Positions 29,640 to 36,260 of a DNA stretch of 36,260 bases are shown here, piece after piece. Made by a program: the position numbers and the translations under genes. The stretch's first letter is position 1; every line of letters starts with the position of its first letter. This stretch comes from an uncultured Zetaproteobacteria bacterium (GTDB lineage: Bacteria; Pseudomonadota; Zetaproteobacteria; Mariprofundales; Mariprofundaceae): the NCBI GenBank assembly GCA_964449205.1, contig CAYVBG010000001.1, forward strand, positions 1 to 36,260, in the 5' to 3' direction. The notes under the pieces were generated by a model. The model made no database searches, was not told the origin of the DNA, and saw nothing but the letters and a program-made list of their open reading frames with translations.

Positions 29640-30977
29640 TCACGCCTCGTCCATCAGGCGCAGCAGCGCCGTGCGGGAATCCTCGAAGCGGCTGGTTTCG
29701 TGTTGTTCCTGCCGCAGAAAGGCGCGGATGGCCGGCATGCGCGCGATCACGCGATCCAGTTCGGGGTTGCTGCCGGCTTCGTATGCGCCCATGTTCACCA
29801 TGTCCTCCATGCGTTCGAACAACGCCAACTCCTCACGCAAGGATCGTGCCGCTTTTTGCATGGCCTCGTCGGCCAGTTCCGTTGCCAGACGGCTCACGCT
29901 TTTCAGGATGTTGATGGCCGGGAAATGCCCGCGTCCGGCCAGTTCGCGGTCGAGTGCCACGTGCCCGTCGAGAATGGCCAGCGCCGCGTCGGCCACCGGG
30001 TCGGCGGCGATGTCGTCGCCTTCGACGAGAATGGTGTAAATTCCGGTGATATCGCCGTCGCCCGCTCCGGGGCCGGCGCGCTCCAGCAGCTCCGCCATGC
30101 TGGCGAAGCAGGATGGCGTATAGCCCTTGCTGGCCGGCGGTTCGCCCAGCATCAAGCCGATTTCGCGTTGGGCCTGGGCGAAGCGGGTCAGGCTGTCCAT
30201 CATCAGCAGCACCTGACGCCCCTGGTCGCGGAAGTGCTCGGCGATGCTGGTGGCCAGCAATGCGCAGCGGATGCGCAACACCGGCGGCATGTCCGATGTG
30301 GCGACGATCACGACGCTGCGCGCCAGCGCCTCGCCCAGATTGCGCTCGATGAATTCACGCACCTCGCGGCTGCGCTCGCCCACCAGGGCGATGATATTGA
30401 CGTCTGCGTCCGAGTTGCGCGCCATCATGCCGAGCAACGAACTCTTGCCGACTCCCGCGCCGGCGAACAATCCCATGCGCTGGCCCCGCCCGATGGTCAG
30501 GCAGGCGTCCAGCGCCCTGACGCCGGTCTGGATGGGAGTGTCAATCAGATGACGTTCACACGGGTTCAGGGGCACGCCATGCAAGGGGCGGAATACGCCC
30601 TCGCACGCGAGCGGGCGGCCGTCCATCGGCCGGCCGTTGCCATCGATCACGCGGCCCAGCAGATGATCGTCCACCCGCAGGCCGGGTGGCGCGGCACGCG
30701 GACGCACGGCATCTCCCGGCGCGATACCGCGGTTGCGGTCCACCGGCATCAGCCATGTATGGGCGTCGCGGAATCCGACCACTTCCGCCTCGATGCGTCG
30801 GCCGGCGGCGGATTCGATTTCGCAGGCGCTGCCGGTGGGCAGGCGCAGTCCCTCGGCCTCGACCATCGGCCCCAGCACCTTCTTCACCCGACCGAACAGC
30901 GGAAAGGCCGGCATGTGACGCAAGCGCTCCAGCGCCCGCTGGCGGGCGCCGGCATGCCAGAGTGCGGGCAGGCTCAT
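29640..30977 (-). CDS. fliI: Flagellum-specific ATPase FliI
   Basis: 445 aa from ATG 30977 (ATGA overlap with the fliH stop). Walker A GLFAGAGVGKSSLLGMM; Walker B VLLMMDSLTRFAQAQREI. The ORF-track start 31097 overlaps fliH. Confidence 0.95.
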   Translation of the reverse strand: MSLPALWHAGARQRALERLRHMPAFPLFGRVKKVLGPMVEAEGLRLPTGSACEIESAAGRRIEAEVVGFRDAHTWLMPVDRNRGIAPGDAVRPRAAPPGLRVDDHLLGRVIDGNGRPMDGRPLACEGVFRPLHGVPLNPCERHLIDTPIQTGVRALDACLTIGRGQRMGLFAGAGVGKSSLLGMMARNSDADVNIIALVGERSREVREFIERNLGEALARSVVIVATSDMPPVLRIRCALLATSIAEHFRDQGRQVLLMMDSLTRFAQAQREIGLMLGEPPASKGYTPSCFASMAELLERAGPGAGDGDITGIYTILVEGDDIAADPVADAALAILDGHVALDRELAGRGHFPAINILKSVSRLATELADEAMQKAARSLREELALFERMEDMVNMGAYEAGSNPELDRVIARMPAIRAFLRQEQHETSRFEDSRTALLRLMDEA

Positions 30978-31696
30978 GCGCCTCGCGCGCTGTCGTCGAT
31001 TGGAGCGAGCAGCGAGGCGCGCAGCGCCTGCATGCAGGCCGTGACGGCTTCGCCGGCGTCCACCAGCATGTCGTGGTCGCGCGCCATGATGCGGCACGTG
31101 CCGGCGCGCACGCGTTCGTCGGCGACGATGCGGGCATGGGGCAGATCGTCGTCCAACAGTTTCTCGAGCATGGCTGCGTCTTCCGGGGCGACGGCCAGCG
31201 TGAGTTCTCCGGGGGGTGTCAGCTTGCGGGCTGCTTGCGTCACGATGTCGCGCAGGCGTTCGGGCGATTCGTCCAGCATGTCGCCCACCACGCGACGGGC
31301 GACAGCCTCGGCGATGTCGAGCACGGCCTCGCTGAAATGCGTCTGCATGTGCTGCATCGCGCGTTCGGCTTCGGCCAGCAGCGTTTCCATCTGCGCCAGA
31401 ATCTGGCGACCGCGCTCGCGGCCCAGCTCCAGCCCGGCCTTCTCGCCGGCCTGCCAGGCCTTGTCATATGCTTCTTTTTCGATGATTTCCGCCCGGCTCT
31501 GGGCGGCCTCCAGCATGGCTTCCAGTTGCCGCATGCGTTCGGCGGCGGGGTCGTGACCCGCGGGGCTTTCGGTGGATGGATCGTGCGCGGTTTCCTGCTT
31601 GGGGGTCCCGCCGCCCAGTTCCGGGAACGGCGCGGGGCGGCGCGGCCCCGCATCGACGGCGCGCACCGGCAGAGGCGCGAGCGTGGGATGCGCCAT
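30974..31696 (-). CDS. fliH: Flagellar export ATPase regulator FliH
   Basis: 240 aa with the charged helical region EAAQSRAEIIEKEAYDKAWQAGEKAGLELGRERGRQILAQ typical of FliH. It sits between fliG and fliI. Confidence 0.85.
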   Translation of the reverse strand: MAHPTLAPLPVRAVDAGPRRPAPFPELGGGTPKQETAHDPSTESPAGHDPAAERMRQLEAMLEAAQSRAEIIEKEAYDKAWQAGEKAGLELGRERGRQILAQMETLLAEAERAMQHMQTHFSEAVLDIAEAVARRVVGDMLDESPERLRDIVTQAARKLTPPGELTLAVAPEDAAMLEKLLDDDLPHARIVADERVRAGTCRIMARDHDMLVDAGEAVTACMQALRASLLAPIDDSARGA

Positions 31697-31698
31697 GT

Positions 31699-32703
31699 CT
31701 AGACCATTTCCTCGCCGGCGCCCAGCGTGATGGCGCCTTCGTCGTCAAGCTTGCGCACCACCTTCAGGATGTTTTGTTGCGCCTCCTCCACGTCCGCCAG
31801 CTTCAGCGGCCCCATCACCTCCATGTCTTCGCGCATGATTTCGGCCGCGCGGCTGGACATGTTGCCGAAGAACTTCTCGGCCAGCTCGTCGGGCGCGCCC
31901 TTGAGCGCCTTGACCAGATCGTCGGAGGAGATGTGTTTCAGAATGGTCTGGATGTCGCGGTCGGACAGCTCGTTCAGATCCTCGAACACCAGAAGCATCC
32001 GGTCCACCTGGTTGAACAGTTCCTCGTCCTTTTCCTGCAATCGCTCCAGAATTGGCTTGGCGACGGTCTTGTCGAGTTTTTTCAGGATTTCCACCACACT
32101 GACCATGCCGTCGAAGGTCAGGCCCGATGCGCCTTCCATGCTTGAGAGTTCCTCCTCCAGCGTTTCCTCGATTTCGCGCACCAGGTCGGCGGGCACGGTT
32201 TCGATCTTCGACATGCGCATGACGACCGACATCTGCATGTCCTCCGGCAACAGCGCGATGACGCGGCTGGCCACGGACGGATCGATGTTGCCCAGGATCA
32301 GGGCCACCGTCTGCGGGTGCTCCTGCTCCACATAGGGCTTGATCATTTCCGGTTTCAGGCGGGAGAGCTTTTCCCAGATGCTGAGCTTGCGCGGCGCGTT
32401 CAGTCCGGCCAGCACCCGTTCCCGCCGTTCTTCGTCCACCGCGTATTGCAGCAGGCCCATCACGTCCTTGCGGGTGGAACGCAGCAACGGGTCGTCGGAA
32501 TGGTGCATATCCAGATATTCGCGAAACACCGCGTTCAAGGTGTCGGCGTCGATCTTGCCCAACTCGGACATGCGCTGGCCCACCCGCACCAGCATGTCGT
32601 CGTCCATGTTGCGGACGATGGGGGCGGCGGCTTCCGGCCCCAGCGCATAGAGCAGGATGGCGGTCTTGTCCAGTCCCGAAAGCTTCGCGGTCTGGCCGCT
32701 CAT
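31699..32703 (-). CDS. fliG: Flagellar rotor/switch protein FliG
   Basis: MSGQTAKLSGLDKTAILLYALGPEAAAPIVRNM... The C-terminal torque-helix region reads LSDRDIQTILKHISSDDLVKALKGAPDELAEKFFGNMSSRAAEIMREDME. ATG 32703 gives an ATGA overlap with the fliF stop. The ORF-track ATG 32718 (5 extra residues) is an alternative. Confidence 0.92.
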   Translation of the reverse strand: MSGQTAKLSGLDKTAILLYALGPEAAAPIVRNMDDDMLVRVGQRMSELGKIDADTLNAVFREYLDMHHSDDPLLRSTRKDVMGLLQYAVDEERRERVLAGLNAPRKLSIWEKLSRLKPEMIKPYVEQEHPQTVALILGNIDPSVASRVIALLPEDMQMSVVMRMSKIETVPADLVREIEETLEEELSSMEGASGLTFDGMVSVVEILKKLDKTVAKPILERLQEKDEELFNQVDRMLLVFEDLNELSDRDIQTILKHISSDDLVKALKGAPDELAEKFFGNMSSRAAEIMREDMEVMGPLKLADVEEAQQNILKVVRKLDDEGAITLGAGEEMV

Positions 32704-34334
32704 GCGTGCTCGAGCCATTCGTTGACCACGCGCGCGGCGCGGTCGGGTTCGCGGGTGATGGCCTGCCGGGTCTGCTCCATGATTTCCAGACGATCATGGG
32801 CTGCGGATGTCATGGCCGGCAGGGCCTGCGCCGCGCCGGTCGCCTGCGCCGGCTCGATGGTGTCCGTGTTTGCGCCCAACCGGCGCGACAGCGGTCGCAG
32901 CACGAACCAGGCCAGCAGCGCCAGCGCCAGCGCGGCCAGCGTGTAGCGGGCGATGTCGAGATAGAACGCGCGCCGCGCGACCGCATCCATGCCGGCGTCG
33001 CCGTGTGCGGCCAGATCCATCAGCGGCAGGCTCTGGATTTCCACCGTGTCGCCCCGATCTTCGTTGTAGCCGATGGCCTTTTCGATCAGCCCCTGCAGCA
33101 CCTTCAGTTCCTGCTTGCTGCGCGGCTGGAAGGTGGAGGCGTCGCCCGGCTTGGCAAACGTGCCGCCGACGATGGCCGCCACCGAGATGCGGCGGATGCC
33201 GCCGGCGGGCACGATACGGTGCTCGGTGGTGGTGCTGATTTCATAGTTGACCGTGCGATCGGTGCGGCTGGCCGTCTCCGATGGCGCGGTCTGCGCCGCG
33301 ACCGGATTCGCGCCCGGCGTGTTCGAAGGCACGCCGGGCACCCCCACCGGGGCTGCATCCTTGCTTTGGCGGGTTTCGCTGATTTCCTTCTGACTGCGCA
33401 CGACCTGCTCGTCGGGGTTGAATCGCTTGACGTTCGCTTCCAGCACCTCGCGGTTGATGTCCGCCGTCACGCGCACCACGGCCTGACCCGGCCCCACGAC
33501 CTGCTCCAGCATGCCGGTCAGCCGCGTTTCCAGGCGTCGCTCGATGCGCGCCTGGGCGTCCGCCAGCGTCTGGCCGGCCGTCATGGGCGCATCTGCGTCG
33601 TTGTCCGAGAGCAGGTTGCCGTCAGCGTCCACCACGGTCACCGCCTTTGGCGTCAATCCGGGCACGCTGGAAGCCACCAGATTCTGAATGGCCAGCACGC
33701 CGCGCTTGCCCAGCCGTCGGCTGCCGGTGAGTTTGAGCATCACCGAGGCGCTGGCCTTGCGGTCGCGGTCGGCGAAGGCCGATTCCTTGGGCAGCACCAG
33801 CTGCACCCGGGCGGCGGCCACGCTGGGCATGACCTCGATGGTGCGCGCCAGCTCGCCTTGCAGCGCACGCTGGTAGTTGACCCGTTGCGTGAAATCGCTG
33901 ATGCCGAATTCGTTCTGGCGGTCAAACAGCTCGAATCCCATGCCGCCGCCGGGCGTGATGTCCTGTCCGGCCAGCTTCAGACGCGTGGCATACACGCGGT
34001 CGGCCGGCACCAGCACCGTGCCCGCGCCTTCCAGCTTGTAGGGAATATGCTCCTTTTGCAGGAAATCCACCACCGCCGCCGCGTCCTTGGCGTCCATGCC
34101 GGCATACAGGGGCTCGAAGGACGGGCGGGCCGACCAGGTGACCAGCGACACGAAGGCCGCCAGCAGCAGACCGGCAGCGGCGAAGAGCAGCCAGCGGCGG
34201 TGGCCGGCGATGACCGCGGCGATGCCATGCAGGCCGCCTGGCCGCGCGGTGTCGGGCGCGGCGGATTGTGGGTTCGCTTGCGCGACGGGCGCGGGAGACG
34301 CGCCTTGGGGCGATGGGGTCAGGGTTCCGGCCAT
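32700..34334 (-). CDS. fliF: Flagellar MS-ring protein FliF
   Basis: 544 aa with an N-terminal TM (WLLFAAAGLLLAAFVSLV) and the conserved FEPLYAGMDAKDAAAVVDFLQKEHIPYKL. A second TM lies near the C-terminus. Confidence 0.95.
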   Translation of the reverse strand: MAGTLTPSPQGASPAPVAQANPQSAAPDTARPGGLHGIAAVIAGHRRWLLFAAAGLLLAAFVSLVTWSARPSFEPLYAGMDAKDAAAVVDFLQKEHIPYKLEGAGTVLVPADRVYATRLKLAGQDITPGGGMGFELFDRQNEFGISDFTQRVNYQRALQGELARTIEVMPSVAAARVQLVLPKESAFADRDRKASASVMLKLTGSRRLGKRGVLAIQNLVASSVPGLTPKAVTVVDADGNLLSDNDADAPMTAGQTLADAQARIERRLETRLTGMLEQVVGPGQAVVRVTADINREVLEANVKRFNPDEQVVRSQKEISETRQSKDAAPVGVPGVPSNTPGANPVAAQTAPSETASRTDRTVNYEISTTTEHRIVPAGGIRRISVAAIVGGTFAKPGDASTFQPRSKQELKVLQGLIEKAIGYNEDRGDTVEIQSLPLMDLAAHGDAGMDAVARRAFYLDIARYTLAALALALLAWFVLRPLSRRLGANTDTIEPAQATGAAQALPAMTSAAHDRLEIMEQTRQAITREPDRAARVVNEWLEHA

Positions 34335-34342
34335 GGCTCAGC

Positions 34343-34651
34343 TCACACCTGCATGCGCATGACTTCGCGGTAGGCGTCCACGAGTTTGTTGCGCACGCTG
34401 AGCATCATCTGAAACGACACTTCCGCCTGTTGCATCGCCAGCAATGTTTCCGACACGTTGTGGCTCTTGCCGGTCGCCAGTTCCACGGCAGCCTTGTCCG
34501 CTGCGTGGTGTTGGGTGTTGACGGTTTGCACATAAGCCTGGATCAGTTCGCCGAATCTGCCGGATGCGGCGGCCTTCTGGTCCGGCGCAGCGGTGGATTC
34601 CGCCCTGGCGGCCTTGGCGTAGGCGTTCAGGGATACGGGATCGATGGCCAT
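34343..34651 (-). CDS. fliE: Flagellar hook-basal body protein FliE
   Basis: 102 aa with C-terminal LLAMQQAEVSFQMMLSVRNKLVDAYREVMRMQV, typical of FliE. Confidence 0.9.
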   Translation of the reverse strand: MAIDPVSLNAYAKAARAESTAAPDQKAAASGRFGELIQAYVQTVNTQHHAADKAAVELATGKSHNVSETLLAMQQAEVSFQMMLSVRNKLVDAYREVMRMQV

Positions 34652-34662
34652 GACTGTCTCCT

Positions 34663-35115
34663 CTAGCGCAGCAGTTCGAGGGATTTCAGGAACATGCGCT
34701 TGGCGGCTTCCATGACCGTCACGTTGGCCTCGAAGCTGCGGGCCGCCGATTGCATGTCCACCATTTCCTCGATGGTGTTGACGTTGGGCATTTTGACCAT
34801 GCCGTTCTTGTCCGCATCCGGATGCGAGGGGTTGTAGACCTCGCGGAATGGACGGGGGTCCTTGACCACGCCGGCCACCCGCACCTCGTGCGCGCCCGCG
34901 CCCTGAAACGAGGAGCGGAACACGTCGTCGAAGCGGGCGCGCTCCGGTACGGCCTGAAAGACGATTTCCCGACGGCGGTAGGGGCCGCCGTCCGGCGTGC
35001 GGGTGGATTCGGCGTTGGCGATGTTTTCGGCCACGATATCCATGCGCGCCCGCTGGGCGGACATGCCCGATGCGCTGATGCGCATGGCGGCGAAGAGCGT
35101 GTCGGCCATGATCAT
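34663..35115 (-). CDS. flgC: Flagellar proximal rod protein FlgC
   Basis: 150 aa: FAAMRISASGMSAQRARMDIVAENIANAESTRTPDGGPYRRREIVF... then NVNTIEEMVDMQSAARSFEANVTVMEAAKRM. Confidence 0.95.
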   Translation of the reverse strand: MIMADTLFAAMRISASGMSAQRARMDIVAENIANAESTRTPDGGPYRRREIVFQAVPERARFDDVFRSSFQGAGAHEVRVAGVVKDPRPFREVYNPSHPDADKNGMVKMPNVNTIEEMVDMQSAARSFEANVTVMEAAKRMFLKSLELLR

Positions 35116-35552
35116 CGACCTCCTTCCTGGATCACCTTGGACAGGCCGCTCAGACGGCCTTTGAGCAGGCGCAGGGTGAGTTCATGCATCAACTGGTTCT
35201 CGGCCATATCGACCATCTCCTGCTGGACGTTCACGGTGTTGCCGTCCATGCGCTGCATGGCATCGGAGCGACCGGCCGACAGGCGCAGCCAGGGGGAAGG
35301 CGGCGCGTCGCCGGCGGCCATGTGGCCGGGAGCGGTGCGCGCCAGATGGCCCGGCGCGGCGCGGGCTGTCCGGAGCTGCCGGGCCAGGAAATCCTCGAAG
35401 CGGCGCGTGTCCGCCTTGTAGTTTGGCGTGTCTGCGTTGGCGATGTTGGTTGCGAACACCGTCTGCATCCGCTCGCGTGCGGCCAGCGCCGCAGCCAGCG
35501 TCTGGAAGCTGTGCCCGAAGAGAGGGTTCATTCCGGCGTATGTCGTCATCAT
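35112..35552 (-). CDS. flgB: Flagellar proximal rod protein FlgB
   Basis: 146 aa: ...ERMQTVFATNIANADTPNYKA... then GNTVNVQQEMVDMAENQLMHELTLRLL. ATGA overlaps at both ends (with the activator stop and the flgC start). Confidence 0.92.
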   Translation of the reverse strand: MMTTYAGMNPLFGHSFQTLAAALAARERMQTVFATNIANADTPNYKADTRRFEDFLARQLRTARAAPGHLARTAPGHMAAGDAPPSPWLRLSAGRSDAMQRMDGNTVNVQQEMVDMAENQLMHELTLRLLKGRLSGLSKVIQEGGR

Positions 35553-36260
35553 GTTCCTCCTGCCTGGCCCGCTTCCGGCATGGATGCCGCGCGGCCGCGG
35601 TCGTTCGCGCGGGATGTCGCTCCGGATTCAGCAAGCGCCGTGCCAGCGCTGGCGTCCATGTCGTGCAGCTTGTTGCGCAAGGTGCGAATGCTGATGCCGA
35701 GCAGCCGTGCGGCCTCGGTGCGGTTGCCGCGCACATGCCGGAGCGTTTCGCGGATCAGCGCGCGCTCCATGTCGCGGATGCTCATGCCGGCGGCAATGGC
35801 CGGCGCAGCCTCGTGCGCCGGCGCGACGCGCAAGGTTTCGCCCAGTCCCAGATGTCCGCGCTGGATTCGTCCGTTTTCGGCCAGCAGAAAGGCACGATGC
35901 ATGCAGTTTTCCAGCTCGCGCGCATTGCCGGGCCAGTCGTGGGAGGTCAGCGCGGCGATGGCGTCGGCGTCCGGTTCCGGGGCGGGGCGACCATACATGG
36001 CCGCAAACCTGTCAAGAAAATGACGGGCCAGAGGCTCGATGTCCCCCGGGCGGTCGCGCAGTGCCGGCAGGCGCACAGTGACGACGTTCAGGCGGTAATA
36101 CAAATCCTGACGGAACTGTCCTTCGGCCACGGTCTGCTCGATATCGCGGTTGCTGGTGGCGATGATGCGCACGTCCACCTTCACGGGCGCGCGCCCCCCG
36201 AGCCGGTCCACCTCGCCTTCCTGCAACACGCGCAGCAGTTTGGCCTGAAGGTGGAGCGGC
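35549..36260 (-). CDS. sigma54-dependent enhancer-binding transcriptional activator (5' end outside window)
   Basis: The frame stays open to the window edge: PLHLQAKLLRVLQEGEVDRLGG...RIIATSNRDI...FRQDLYYRLNVV...DWPGNARELEN (AAA+ sigma54-interaction domain). The C-terminal Fis-type HTH reads NRTEAARLLGISIRTLRNKL. Its stop overlaps the flgB ATG. Confidence 0.9.
   Translation of the reverse strand, partial: PLHLQAKLLRVLQEGEVDRLGGRAPVKVDVRIIATSNRDIEQTVAEGQFRQDLYYRLNVVTVRLPALRDRPGDIEPLARHFLDRFAAMYGRPAPEPDADAIAALTSHDWPGNARELENCMHRAFLLAENGRIQRGHLGLGETLRVAPAHEAAPAIAAGMSIRDMERALIRETLRHVRGNRTEAARLLGISIRTLRNKLHDMDASAGTALAESGATSRANDRGRAASMPEAGQAGGT

Noticed and set aside
1-36260. Search by eye for mobile elements, CRISPR repeats, tRNA/rRNA, toxin-antitoxin or phage-defence genes
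   Set aside because: I saw no transposase or integrase motifs, no regularly spaced direct repeats, no tRNA-like cloverleaf candidates in the few intergenic gaps, and no nuclease, helicase or methylase signatures. Every ORF I accept is flagellar, signalling, channel or iron-transport related.

Overview
GC-rich window that is essentially one flagellar super-locus, almost all on the minus strand. Its order matches the single-locus layout of Bacillus fla/che and Geobacter-type clusters. Reading the minus strand from the right edge: sigma54 enhancer-binding activator (partial), flgB, flgC, fliE, fliF, fliG, fliH, fliI, fliJ, YlxF/MotE-like gene, [953-aa ion channel], fliK, flgD, flgE, motA (PomA-like), MotB paralog, motB (PomB-like), fliL, fliM, fliN, fliO, fliP, [GAF-PAS-PAS hybrid histidine kinase]. 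Then comes a plus-strand iron module (cupredoxin-like protein, FTR1 permease, outer-membrane barrel). The minus strand continues with fliQ, fliR, flhB, flhA, flhF, flhG, [70-aa membrane ORF], fliA, a DUF2802-like gene, [FliK-C-like protein], [FlhB-C-domain paralog], flgF, flgG and flgA (partial; absent from the ORF track because it has no in-window stop). At least twelve gene junctions are 4-nt ATGA/GTGA overlaps. I read four -24/-12 (sigma54-type) promoter candidates (before flgF, fliQ, motA, fliK), two Fur-box-like operators before the plus-strand iron genes, and two good intrinsic terminators. Together these suggest about six transcription units. I saw no rRNA, tRNA, CRISPR array, transposase, integrase or recognisable defence genes. 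The noteworthy content is non-canonical cargo inside an otherwise textbook locus. (1) A channel with what looks like two tandem voltage-sensor domains, a CASTOR/POLLUX-like pore and two RCK-like modules sits between the ylxF-like gene and fliK. (2) fliP and fliQ are separated by about 4.9 kb holding a hybrid kinase and an apparently Fur-controlled iron-uptake module. (3) A translationally coupled FliK-C-like / FlhB-C-like gene pair. (4) Two tandem MotB-type genes, one carrying Glu at the position of the conserved channel Asp. (5) A doubly coupled 70-aa membrane ORF between flhG and fliA. (6) sigma54-type promoters placed so that fliQ and fliK would be leaderless. All functional calls rest on my motif-level reading of the translated ORFs; no database search or folding computation was possible.
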